Source: an uncultured Chloroflexia bacterium (GTDB lineage Bacteria; Chloroflexota; Dehalococcoidia; DSTF01; JACRBR01). Taken from it: a stretch of 64,000 bases of DNA. Positions 10,756 through 21,604 of this stretch are shown here, piece by piece (positions within the stretch are counted from its first letter, which is position 1; each line of letters begins with the position of its first letter). The stretch covers positions 2,368,127 to 2,432,126 of the forward strand of contig OY969567.1 in assembly GCA_963701135.1 (NCBI GenBank), given 5' to 3'. Made by a program: the position numbers and the translations under genes. The notes beneath the pieces were generated by a model. The model did not search any database, was not told the origin of the DNA, and saw only the letters and a program-made list of their open reading frames with translations.

Positions 10756-12036
10756 ATGCGCATCCACCTCCCCTACGGCGAGCACGGCATCGACGCCGAA
10801 GTCCCCGACACGGCGACGGTGCTCGTGCCGGAGCGCGTCGCCCCGCTCGATGATCCCGCGGCCGCTCTCCGTGCAGCGATCGAGCGGCCGGTCGCCGGCC
10901 CGGCGCTGCGCCGTCTCGTGCAGCCCGGCCGCAAGGCGGCGATCGTCGTCTCCGACGTCACGCGCCCCGTGCCGAACGCCGTCATCCTGCCGCCGATCCT
11001 CGAAACGCTCGAAGCGGGCGGCGGGCGGCGCGACGACGTCGCGATCGTCGTCGGCACGGGCCTGCACCGCCCGTCGCGGCCCGACGAGCACCGCCGCATC
11101 CTCGGCGACGAGATCCTGTCGCGATACCGCGTCGTCGATCACGTGGCGAAGGACCGCGCGACGCAGGAGTACCTGCTGACGACCGCGCGCGGCGTGGAGG
11201 TCTGGCTCAACCGCGAGTACATGAAGGCGGACCTCCGCATCGTCACGGGGTTCGTGGAGCCGCACCTGTTCGCCGGCTACTCCGGCGGCGGCAAGGCCGT
11301 GCTCCCCGGCATCGCCGGCGCCGAGTCGATCATGGCCAACCACAACGCGGCGATGATCGGCCACCCGAAGGCGACGTGGTGCACCACCGAAGGCAACCCG
11401 ATCTTCGAGGAGATGCGCGACGTCGCGCTCCAGTCGGGCCCGACGTTCTCGCTCAACGTCACGCTCGACGAGCAGCAGCGGTATCACGGGCGTCTTCGCC
11501 GGCGAGCTGCGTCGCCGCGCACGATGCCGCGATCGCGCAGGCGGCGCGCCAGGCCGTGCGCCCGATCCCGCACCTGTTCGACATCGTCGTCGCGACGAAC
11601 ATGGGCTACCCGGCCGACCTCGTGCTGTACCAGTCGGTGAAGGGCATGTCGGTCGCCGCGCAGGCGTGCGCGACCCGGCGGCGCGATCCTGCTCGTCGCC
11701 GAGTGTCGCGAGGGCGTTGGTGCGGGCGAGTACGTCGAGCTGCTGCACAGCGAGCGTTCGCCGGACGGGCTGTTGCGCGCGATCCAGCATCCGGAGCACG
11801 CGACGACGTTCGACCAGTGGCAGGTGCAGGTGCAGGCGATGGTGCAGGCGCGCTGCGACGTCTGGCTCCACTCCGCGCTCCCGCGCGAGAAGGTGGAGGC
11901 CGCGCACCTCCGCTACGCCCACGACGTGACCGCCACGCTCGCGTCGATCATCGACGAGAAGCACGGCGCGCTCGGCCGAGAGCCGTCGGTGTGCGTGCTG
12001 CCGCACGGGCAGCTCACGGTGCCGCGCGTGGTGTAG
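10756..12036 (+). CDS. larA: Nickel-dependent lactate racemase family protein (frameshifts near 11480-11700)
   Basis: SDVTRPVP, GTGLHRP, GFVEPHLFAGYSGGGKAVLPG, LYQSVKGM, ECREG, DQWQVQ, VLPHG pieces across three frames. Confidence 0.85.
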
Positions 12037-12079
12037 CGCGCGGCGAACGGGCGCGGGTTAAGGGCGGCGGGCGCAGCCT

Positions 12080-12197
12080 GCTGCGCCCCTACGCCGGCGA
12101 GCACACGCTGGAGGTGCTACGGGAGTTCGGGATCGATGACGCACGCGTCGATGTGCTGCTGGAGGCGGCGACGGTCGTGCAATCCGAGGCTCTGTGA
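12080..12197 (+). pseudogene. C-terminal remnant of a CaiB/BaiF CoA-transferase
   Basis: P.AGEHTLEVLREFG.DDA.V..L tail resembles the tail of the 53713-54925 protein (GEHTEQVL); no N-terminal part. Confidence 0.5.
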
Positions 12198-12221
12198 TCG
12201 CGCCGGCCGAGGGCGACGGGG

Positions 12222-12260
12222 GAACCACAGATTTCACGGATGGCACGGATGAGGGTTGGG
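12222..12260 (+). repeat. 9-nt-period intergenic repeat (ACCACAGAT-TTCACGGAT-GGCACGGAT)
   Basis: Related to 10688-10722. Confidence 0.55.
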
Positions 12261-12326
12261 TCGAGGTCACGCGCGCGTCCTCCAGCACGCAGACGCTCTC
12301 TCCGTGTGCGCCGATCAACTCACGCG

Positions 12327-12752
12327 TCAGCTACCGATTAGCGTCAGGAATTCGGCGGCGCGCACGGTGCGCGCACCGCGGTACTCCTTGATGGCCAGGA
12401 TGTCGCGGTCTTCGCTCACGATGTAGTCCGCGCGGCCCGCGACGGCGCAAGCGAAGAACTTGTCGTCGTTCGGATCGCGGCACACCGGCTCGTTGGACGC
12501 CGGCTCGACGAACTCCGCGCGCTCGATGATGCCGAGCACGCGCCGCGCATCCGGCAGCGCTGCCATGCGCGGAAACCGCCGCCGCAGCTCCGGCCGGTTG
12601 AGCACGTTGACGATCTCGACCAGGATCTCGACCAGGATCTCGGGCGAGATTACGAGCTCGTACTGGTCGTGTGCCTCAAGCAACTGGCCCCAGATGCCGG
12701 CCGGATTGATCAGCGCCCGGACGAAGACGACTGTATCGAGGACGGCTCTCAT
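12327..12752 (-). CDS. PIN-domain (VapC-like, PIN_3) putative toxin
   Basis: MRAVLDT.V, CRDPNDDKFFACA..GRADYIVSED motifs; 4-nt overlap with the upstream antitoxin; 12-nt tandem repeat encoding EILVEILVEI. Confidence 0.88.
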   Translation of the reverse strand: MRAVLDTVVFVRALINPAGIWGQLLEAHDQYELVISPEILVEILVEIVNVLNRPELRRRFPRMAALPDARRVLGIIERAEFVEPASNEPVCRDPNDDKFFACAVAGRADYIVSEDRDILAIKEYRGARTVRAAEFLTLIGS

Positions 12753-13042
12753 CGCCGCCGCGAACGCGCACCCCGCACCGCGGCGCCGATAGCCTTGTTG
12801 ACCTCGCGTTGGCTCTCGCCCTCCAGGCTCTCGCGCACCGGTGCGTAGAGGTCGTAGAGATCGCGGATCCAGGCCGGGCTCGGCTGCTTCTCGCTCACGC
12901 GCACGGGCGTGAGCTCCAGGCGGTCGTCCTCGAGCGCGATCGAAAGCAAGTCGTCGTCACGCAGACCTAGCGCCTCGCGGAACCGCTTGGGGATCGTGAT
13001 CTGCCCGTTTCGAAGCTGCCGGACCATGCGCGCGTCGGCCAT
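12749..13042 (-). CDS. AbrB/MazE/SpoVT-family antitoxin
   Basis: NGQITIPKRFREALGL.DDD; AGAGG RBS; imperfect palindrome CCGGAAAT-TACA-GATTTCGG upstream at about 13078-13097. Confidence 0.88.
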   Translation of the reverse strand: MADARMVRQLRNGQITIPKRFREALGLRDDDLLSIALEDDRLELTPVRVSEKQPSPAWIRDLYDLYAPVRESLEGESQREVNKAIGAAVRGARSRRR

Positions 13043-13165
13043 GAGGCACCTCTGAATCTAATGTCGGTGCCAGAATACCGGAAATTACAGATTTCGGGAA
13101 ATCAGATCATGCATTAGGCGGGCCGAGGCACCACGACTACGTCCGAACAGACGCCCGCTTCAACA

Positions 13166-13976
13166 CTAGCGCAGGTCGCCGTTGTTGAGCAGGCTCGACA
13201 ATCCGCCGAGCGTCTCTGGTCAACAGGCTGGTGATCCAGATGGCCTCTGTAATCTTGCTGCGCACGCGCGGCGCGATCACGCCGCCGTATGTGTCGCGTA
13301 ACGGCACGCCGCCGATGAAGATGGCCAGCGGAAGTCCCCTGTTGTGGTCGGGTGTTGATAGGCGCTCGGTGAGCGAACCAAAGACCTGCCGCCCTTCAGC
13401 AGTTATGTTCATCTCCAAAATCACGGCGCCCAGCGAATCCGGCCCCGTTTGAGCGTCGTGCTGCAGAAACGAGGCAGTCATGACGGTCGGCTTGCCGTTA
13501 AGCTCGCCCCTTGCAGGTGTCCACACGATGTCATCGTTGGACCAGGGCGCAGGATCCGTCGTGTACGTTGGTACAACGCGCCCGGTGGAGCCGTCTGGCT
13601 GGCGCACGGCGATTCGCCCCTGATCGTCGATGTCTGGTTCACACGAGTCCGGCTTGTAAACCACGACGCTGGCTGCATCAGACACTCTGGCGATCGGGCT
13701 ACCGGCGCCGCGCTGCTCGCCTTCCTGCAGACCCTCGCAAAACATCATCACCGCCGGCAGCTTCAAGTCCTGCGGCACCGACGGCGTAGCATTGGGGTTC
13801 TCGGTGGGCTGATCCGCCCGCGGGGTCAGCAGCAGGTTGGTCACCAGCGGTGGCGCGCCTGTGGACGTTGGAGATGACCGGGGCGCGTCACCGCACCCGG
13901 TGGCCAATATCGCCAACGCCGCAAACAGCGTTGAGAGGCGGCTCAACGAACCCCAGCGACCACCAGCCTCCGACAT
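13166..13976 (-). CDS. Lipoprotein consisting of a stand-alone SecD periplasmic (P1) domain
   Basis: LATGC lipobox; [29 protein letters not shown]; after a 1-nt shift near 13200 it ends [11 protein letters not shown] (cf. SecD L..G.LP); ATG overlaps the gcvPB stop (TGATG). Confidence 0.7.
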
Positions 13977-15455
13977 CACCACCGCAGCACCGGGTTGCGG
14001 GCGGCGGTCGCTTCGTCGAGGCGGCGGAGGGGCGGGTGTGCGGGGCGTCGCGGAGCAGCTCGGGCTGCGTCTCGGCCTCGTGCGCGATCTGCAGCATGGC
14101 GTCGCAGAAGGCGTCGAGCGTCTCCTTCGTCTCGCTCTCCGTCGGCTCGATCATCAGCGCCTCATCGACGACGAGCGGGAAGTAGATCGTCGGCGGGTGG
14201 TAGCCGTAGTCGATCATGCCGCTTGGCGATGTCGAGCGTCTTCGCGCCCTGCGCCTTCTGCCTGCGGCCGGAGAACAGCACCTCGTGCATGCACGTGCGG
14301 TCGTGCGCCAGATCGTACGCGCCGCGCAGCCGCGCCTGCACGTAGTTCGCGTTCAGCACCGCCGCCTCGCTGATCGCGCGCAGGCCGTCGGCGCCGAGGC
14401 TGCGGATGTACGCGTACGCGCGCAGCAGCACGCCGAAGTTGCCGTGGAACGCGCCGAGCCGGCCGATGCTGTGCTCGCGGGTCGACGAGCCGGTACGTTT
14501 CGGGCGCGGCCGGCTCCGCGGCGAGTCGGTCCGCCTCGACGTGCGGCGACGGCAGGAACGGCACCAGGTGCTCCTTCACGACGATCGGGCCCGCGCCGGG
14601 GCCGCCGCCGCCGTGCGGCTGGCTGAACGTCTTGTGCAGGTTGATGTGCATCACGTCGAAGCCGAGGTCGCCGGGCTTCACCTGGCCGAGCATCGCGTTG
14701 AGGTTCGCGCCGTCGCCGTACATCTGCGCGCCGTGCGCGTGCACCATCTCGGCGATCCGCACGATGTTGCGGTCGAAGAGGCCGAGCGTGCTCGGCAGCG
14801 TGATCATCAGCGCCGCGACGGTCGGGCCGTGCTCCTCGAGCGCGACGCGCAGCGCGTCGAGGTCCATGTCGCCGTCGGGCTGCGGCTTCACGGCGACGAC
14901 GTCGAAGCCGGCCATCGATGCGGTCGCCGGGTTCGTGCCGTGCGCGGAGTCCGGCACGAGGATCGTCGTGCGCTTCTCGCCGATCGACTCGAGATACGCC
15001 TTGATGACGAGCACGCCGGCCAGCTCGCCCTGCGCGCCGGCGAGCGGCGCCAGCGACGTGTCGGCCATGCCGGTGATCTCGGCGAGCATGCGCTGCAGCC
15101 CGTACATGACGGCGAGCGCGCCCTGCACGTCGTCGGCCGGCTGCATCGGGTGCGCCTCGGCGAAGCCGGGCATGGCGGCGATGGCGTCGTTCACCTTCGG
15201 GTTGAGCTTCATCGTGCACGAGCCGAGCGGGTACATGTGCGTGTCGATCGACCAGTTGAGCTGCGACAGCCGCGTGAAGTGGCGCACGACGTCGAGCTGC
15301 GACAGCTCGGGCAGGCGCAGCTCGTCGCGCAGCAGCTCCGCGCGGCGGCGCGTCCGCCGGCGGCACGTCGGACTCGCGGCAGCGCGACGCCGACGCGGCC
15401 GGCGTGCGAGAGCGCCGTCAGCGTCGGTTCGAGCGATGTTCGACGTGCGGTACAT
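13976..15455 (-). CDS. gcvPB: Glycine dehydrogenase subunit 2 (several indels)
   Basis: [57 protein letters not shown]. Confidence 0.9.
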
Positions 15456-15459
15456 CGCG

Positions 15460-16791
15460 TCACGCATCCGATCTCGGCCAGCGCCTCGACCAGCGCGTCG
15501 ATCTCGCGCGCGCGTGTTCAGTCTCCGTCGCGCAGAGCAGCATGCGGTTGTCGGACGCGCGTCCGTGACGTCGAGCCCGCCGATGATGCCGCGCTCGAGC
15601 AGCGCGCGGTTGATCTCGGCGGCGGCTTCGGCGTGCGGACGACGAACTCGTGGAAGAACGGCTCGTCGCGCTCGACGCGGTAGCCGGGCAGCGCGTCGAT
15701 GCGGTCGGCGAGCGTAGTGCGCCTTCTCGTAGCACAGCTCGGCGACGCGGCGCAGGCCGCTGCGGGCCGAGCGTCGCGAGGTACATCGACGCGTGAGAGC
15801 GCGATGAGCTGCTGGCTCGTGCAGATGTTGCTCGTCGCGCGCTCGCGGCGGATGTGCTGCTCGCGCGTCTGCAGCGTCAGCACGTAGCCGCGTGCGGCCT
15901 TCGAGGTCCGTCGTCTGGCCGACGATGCGGCCCGGCATCTGGCGGATGTACTTCTCGCGGCAGGCGAACAGGCCGACGTACGGCCCGCCGAACGACAGCG
16001 GCACGCCGAGCGACTGCCCCTCGCGCGACGACGATGTCGGCGCCGTACTCGGACGGCGGCCGGTACATGCCGAGGCTGATCGGCTCGGCGGCGACGACGT
16101 AGAGCGCGCCGGCGGCGTGCGCCGCATCGCCCCACGCGGCGGCGTCGAGCGACATGCGGCCGAAGAAGTCCGGCTGCGCGACGGCGAGGCAGGCGTGCTC
16201 GTCGCTCGAGCGCGAACGTCGCCGTGCGGCTGCACGTCGACGCGCGATGTCGCGGCCGTGCGCGTAGCCCTGCACGACGGCGAGCCAGTTCGGATGCACG
16301 CGCTCGCGAGATCGGCGATGCGGCGCGCGGCCGGTGACGGCGCACGCCATCAGGCACGCTTCGGCCAGCGCCGACGCGCCGTCGTACATGCCGGCGTTCG
16401 CGACGTCCATGCCGGTCAGCTCGCAGACCAGCGACTGGAACTCGAAGATCGTCTGCAGCGTGCCCTGGCTGACCTCCGGCTGGTACGGCGTGTAGCTCGT
16501 GAGGAACTCGCCGCGCATGACGAGCGGGTCGACGAGCGACGGGCGGAAGTGGCGGTACGCGCCCGCGCCGAGGAAGCACGCGTAGTCGGCGGCCGTGCGG
16601 TTGCGCGCCGCGAGCGTGCGCATCTCGTCGAGCAGCTCCAGCTCCGTGAGCGCGTCGGGCAGGTCGCAGCGCGGGATGGCGGTACTGCTGCCGGGATGTC
16701 GGCGAACAGCGTCGTCGGTCGAGGCGGCGCCGATCGTCGCGAGCATCGCCGCGCGGTCGTCGTCGGTGAGCGGGATGTAGGGGTGCGGCAC
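15460..16791 (-). CDS. gcvPA: Glycine dehydrogenase subunit 1 (many indels)
   Basis: [52 protein letters not shown]. Confidence 0.9.
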
Positions 16792-16924
16792 GTCGCGATG
16801 CGCTCGCGCTGTCAGCGGCTCGGTCTCGATCGTCACGGTGTCTCGGTCGAACTCGATGCTCGCTCGTATCGCGCGTTCGATCCGTGCGCCGTCGCTGCGG
16901 CCGGTCACGGGCCGACGGCTCATC

Positions 16925-17314
16925 TCACTCGGACGCGATGAAGGCGTCGTAGTCGGCGGCCGACAGCAGCTTGCTCGAGCTCCGCGCGTCGCTGAGCTTG
17001 CAGCTTCGAGCAGCCAGCCGTCGCCGTGCGGGTCGCTGTTCACCAGCTCCGGCTTCTCGACGACCTGCTCGTTCACCTCGCAGCACCTCGCCGGACGCCG
17101 GCGTGAAGAGGTCGGAGACCGCCTTCACCGACTCGATCTCGCCCATCTTCTCGAACTGCGTGATCGTCGCGCCGGGCTCCGGCAGGTCGACGTAGACGAC
17201 GTCGCCGAGCTGCTCCTGCGCGTAGTCGGTGATGCCGATGACGGCGGCGTCGCCGTCGATCTTCAGCCACTCGTGCTCTTTCGAGTACTTCCGGTCGTCG
17301 GGGCTGGCTGCCAT
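16925..17314 (-). CDS. gcvH: Glycine cleavage system H protein (indels)
   Basis: YSKEHEW, GITDYAQEQLGDVVYV, IESVKAVSDL lipoyl motif, VNSDPHGDGW. Confidence 0.93.
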   Translation of the reverse strand: MAASPDDRKYSKEHEWLKIDGDAAVIGITDYAQEQLGDVVYVDLPEPGATITQFEKMGEIESVKAVSDLFTPASGEVLRGERAGRREAGAGEQRPARRRLAARSCKLSDARSSSKLLSAADYDAFIASE

Positions 17315-17364
17315 GCTGCTTCTCTGTCTACGTTCGCGGCGCGACAGGTCTGACGACCTGTCCG

Positions 17365-18500
<1,136 letters not shown>

Positions 18501-18642
18501 GGTTGCGGGCATTGTACCGGCGGCCTCGCGGTCGGCGTAGGCCGTTATGATCGGTCGGCGCAGACCGGCCACGGCGCCGGAGCGCGTCCGGACATGCGAG
18601 GGGCGGCCGGATCCGCTGCCCGTCTCCGTTGCGTCAGCGCTG

Positions 18643-19040
18643 CTACGCCGTCAGCTCCCGCTCGTCGCGCTGCGCGGCGCTGCAGCCGCGGCTCGACGAC
18701 CGGCAGCCGCATGCACGGCGGCGAAGTCGTCGTCGGCGGCGATGCGGTTGTGGCGCTCGAAGCCGCAGCCGAGGCAGCGATGCACGATCGACGTGCTCGC
18801 CCTTGCGCGCGCGTGAACGCGCCGACGGGCGCCATCGACCCGCCGCAGTCGCTCGCGCGGTCGCCGGGCGTCTTGCCGTCGACGTGGCGCGAGTACAGGC
18901 AGAACGGGCAGTGGTTGCGGTGCCTCCCGCCGGACGGCAGCGCGCCCACGAACATGCGGCAGTGCCGGCAGCGGAACTCATCGCTCGCTCCCTGCGAATC
19001 GGCGTGCTGCCGCCGCCGGTCCTCGAAATGTCTTCGACAC
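18643..19040 (-). CDS. RNHCP domain-containing protein (indels)
   Basis: FRCRHC, HRNHCPFCLYSRHVD, PGDRASDCGGSMAP, HRCLGCG, NRIAADD. Confidence 0.85.
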
Positions 19041-19093
19041 GGTGTATTCGCTCTTTCGGACGAGCGCGGCGTCGCCAGGCGCGCGCGGCTGCA

Positions 19094-19144
19094 TCATCGT
19101 TCCGGTTGACGATGTGACCGTGTCTCGACAATGGGTGTCCGCAT
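19094..19144 (-). CDS. Putative leader peptide uORF3 MRTPIVETRSHRQPER
   Basis: AGGAG 7 nt upstream of the ATG; N-terminus similar to uORF1. Confidence 0.45.
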   Translation of the reverse strand: MRTPIVETRSHRQPER

Positions 19145-19187
19145 GTTGCTACTCCTGTTCATGAACCACCGGCTCAAGCCGGGCCCG

Positions 19188-19225
19188 AAATGAAAAGACG
19201 CCACAGGATTGATTCCTGTGGCGTC
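19188..19225 (-). terminator. Intrinsic terminator 2 in the RNHCP leader
   Basis: Perfect 12-bp stem GACGCCACAGGA/TCCTGTGGCGTC followed by UUUUCAUUU on the minus strand. Confidence 0.8.
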
Positions 19226-19253
19226 CGTTGTGCGGCCTCGTCGCCGTGCCGGC

Positions 19254-19283
19254 TCAGGCGCCGCGCGCGATCGCACGTGGCAT
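19254..19283 (-). CDS. Putative leader peptide uORF2 MPRAIARGA
   Basis: GGAG 7 nt upstream; lies between terminators 1 and 2. Confidence 0.35.
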   Translation of the reverse strand: MPRAIARGA

Positions 19284-19312
19284 CCGTCAGCTCCAGCAAG
19301 ATGCGGGGGCCG

Positions 19313-19351
19313 AACAAAACAGCCACAGGCGCCGCTGCGTCCCGTGGCCGT
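19313..19351 (-). terminator. Intrinsic terminator 1 in the RNHCP leader
   Basis: Stem ACGGCCACGGG/CCUGUGGCUGU (G-U pairs valid only on the minus strand) followed by UUUGUU. Confidence 0.7.
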
Positions 19352-19378
19352 GAGGGGTCCCGTCCCGAGAGGACGGCG

Positions 19379-19447
19379 TTAGCGCGAAGGCACGGCAGGA
19401 GACGCGGCGGCGAGCGCCGGCACGGCGACGATGGGCGTGGACCGCAT
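19379..19447 (-). CDS. Putative leader peptide uORF1 MRSTPIVAVPALAAASPAVPSR
   Basis: AGCAGGAG just upstream; TATACT -10 at 19496-19501; followed by terminator 1. Confidence 0.45.
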   Translation of the reverse strand: MRSTPIVAVPALAAASPAVPSR

Positions 19448-19623
19448 GAACTCCTGCTTTCCAGGGCGATGGCATTCCGGGCCAGCGCCGCCGCCAGTAT
19501 ACAGGCCGCCGCCAGCCGCCCGTGAACCCCTCACATCGCCATCCGGCCCGCCGTACGGAGCCGCCCACGCCTCGCGGCCGCGCCGTGAACCGGCGCACGC
19601 CAGCCGATACACTGGCGCGACGG

Positions 19624-19711
19624 GCCGAAGTGGCGGAATGGCAGACGCGACGGTCTCAAAAACCGTTGGGCCGCAAGGCTCATGTGGGTTCGACTCCCAC
19701 CTTCGGCACCA
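19624..19711 (+). tRNA. tRNA-Leu(CAA)
   Basis: GCCGAAG/CTTCGGC acceptor stem, anticodon loop CT-CAA-AA, long variable arm, GGTTCGACTCC, encoded CCA. Confidence 0.97.
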
Positions 19712-19763
19712 ATTTTGAACCTAAGTCGCCCTCGTTTCGGCCTTCGCGCGGGACATCGCGACC

Positions 19764-20057
19764 ATGCCCCCGGAGGCGTCATTGTGGCCGTCCAGCGCCG
19801 GCGACAGGGGAGTAACGTCGGGAACGTTCTACGGCAACCTGCGCCGCTACCAGAAGGCGGCGAACCTGCCGCTCGCCAGCGTACACATCTTCCGCCATTC
19901 GGCCGCGAAGTTGCGCCGCGACGCCGGCGAGTCGATCGAGGACGTCAGCCGGTTTCTCGACCACTCGTCGTTGCAGGTGACGTTGATCTACCTCCGGCGG
20001 CTGGAGGGCGAGGCTGACGGGAGCTGGGGGAAAGTGGCCGCGGCGATTGGGGTATGA
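19764..20057 (+). pseudogene. Tyrosine recombinase/integrase C-terminal fragment
   Basis: HIFRHS..FLDHSSLQVTLIY catalytic H-x-x-R, H and Y residues; N-terminal domains missing; directly after the tRNA. Confidence 0.8.
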
Positions 20058-20170
20058 AGCCGAAACACACCTTGGCCATGGTGGAACCGATCGACGCAAT
20101 CGGGTGTACAGTAAAAGCCCGACTGTGTGTCAGTGGCCGTGCCTGCGGCTAACCCGGAGTCTTTCACGAG

Positions 20171-20923
20171 ATGCTCTTCGCACGACGCAAGCTACTGGCT
20201 GCTGTGGCCGTTATATCGCTGCTGTTGGTGTTGATCGCGATCACAGCGATCGCGCTCCATGAGGACGACGATAACGGTGCAACGACTGCGATGCGCGCGT
20301 CCACCGTCGTTCCCACAACGACGACCCAGGTAGCGCCGACGCAAGCGCGGCTGATGTTTTGTAGACCCGTTGTGCTTCTCCCCGACCAGGCGATCGGGCT
20401 TGTGCCAGTTGGAATGCGCGTCGCGTATGAGCCGGGAACCTGCAAGCCAGTTTCGGACGACCCTCTCTCCGTTTTCAGCTCTGACGGTTCCATCGGCTCG
20501 GCACCGTGGGATTCGCAGTTGGCAGCCCCGTACGATACCGACCGTGTCGTCTGGTTACCGCTTCGATACGAGTTGGGCGGCGGTCTGTTGACTCTGGACG
20601 GGAGCTACCTCGCGGCCGCCTATTTAGATGCGGCTGCCGTCGCACCGACCGTCATCTTGCGATTCAACCAGGAGGGCGCGATGTTGTGGCATCGATTAGC
20701 CGCCGGACTGCGAGGACTGCCTGTGGCGATCTTCCTTGATGGCGAACCACTCCGGACTGCAGACGGAAAGGTCTTCTCGCTGACTGTTGGTTTCGAAGTC
20801 ACCGATTCGGTCATCGTCGCTGGGCTGTCAGACGCCGACGCGAATCATCTCATTGCAGTTGTGACGTTGCTTACTCCCGCCCCCCGCGGCGCCACAGAGT
20901 CACCAACGGGCGCGGCTCCATGA
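20171..20923 (+). CDS. Membrane-anchored stand-alone SecD periplasmic (P1) domain protein
   Basis: N-terminal TM and Thr-rich linker; LRFNQEGA..GLPVAIFLDGEP; colinear with 13166-13976; lower GC. Confidence 0.7.
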   Translation: MLFARRKLLAAVAVISLLLVLIAITAIALHEDDDNGATTAMRASTVVPTTTTQVAPTQARLMFCRPVVLLPDQAIGLVPVGMRVAYEPGTCKPVSDDPLSVFSSDGSIGSAPWDSQLAAPYDTDRVVWLPLRYELGGGLLTLDGSYLAAAYLDAAAVAPTVILRFNQEGAMLWHRLAAGLRGLPVAIFLDGEPLRTADGKVFSLTVGFEVTDSVIVAGLSDADANHLIAVVTLLTPAPRGATESPTGAAP

Positions 20924-20986
20924 TGCTCGAACAGTGGCGCGAACTGCCCAACTCGCCTGAGACTCGCGATGCGTCCGCAACCCACC

Positions 20987-21009
20987 TGACAGCAACCGTG
21001 ACAGCAACC
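20987..21009 (+). repeat. Tandem TGACAGCAACC repeats, probable integrase arm-type sites
   Basis: Two exact 11-mers with a 12-nt period, about 100 nt before the tRNA 3' duplicate. Confidence 0.6.
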
Positions 21010-21107
21010 CGGACGGATGAGTGCGCACAGGCGCGGACGAATGTGGAATATGAGTGCCCCGGTTCACGCGTGTGCGGCCGGGTATGGACGGCGATGGACG
21101 AAGCGAC

Positions 21108-21169
21108 ACGGTCTCAAAAACCGTTGGCCGGCGACGGTCATGTGGGTTCGACTCCCACCTTCGGCGCCA
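21108..21169 (+). repeat. att site: duplicated 3' part of tRNA-Leu(CAA), from anticodon arm to CCA
   Basis: ACGGTCTCAAAAACCGTTGG..TCATGTGGGTTCGACTCCCACCTTCGGC matches the tRNA at 19624; D-arm absent; variable arm differs. Confidence 0.9.
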
Positions 21170-21604
21170 CAAACGAATCTACACGGGACGAACCAGGGCG
21201 CTTCCAGCGCGTGCTGAGTGGCCGCCATGTGCACCGCTTGTTCACTCTTCCTCCGCGACGCGTCGATTCGTCGGCCCCGCAACGATGGTGATCGCAAGGC
21301 GACCACGGCGGATTCCCGGCGGTCGATGCGGAGAACGCCCGGAACCTCCTGTATTGGCGGCCCGACGCCCGCCATCTCCAGCATAGCTGAAGACACGAGC
21401 GCGATACGAACGGTCGAGATGTGAGCGCGGCGAAGGTATCTATTCATCGTTCGTCCTGGCTTCGGATGAGTTTCGCCCTCCCACGAGGTGGTTGCATCGA
21501 CCAGGAGGATCGCGTGATACTCAACTCACTGATCGCCCCAAGTTCCACGGCGTTCGGGACATCCTCGGCGGGACAGGCATGACGACAGCGAGGGCCAACC
21601 CTGC

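Noticed and set aside
21108-21169. Second functional tRNA-Leu
   Set aside because: Lacks the 5' acceptor strand and D-arm; it is an att duplicate
21064-21447. 127-aa minus-strand ORF after the att site
   Set aside because: Runs antisense through the tRNA duplicate and shows no recognisable family
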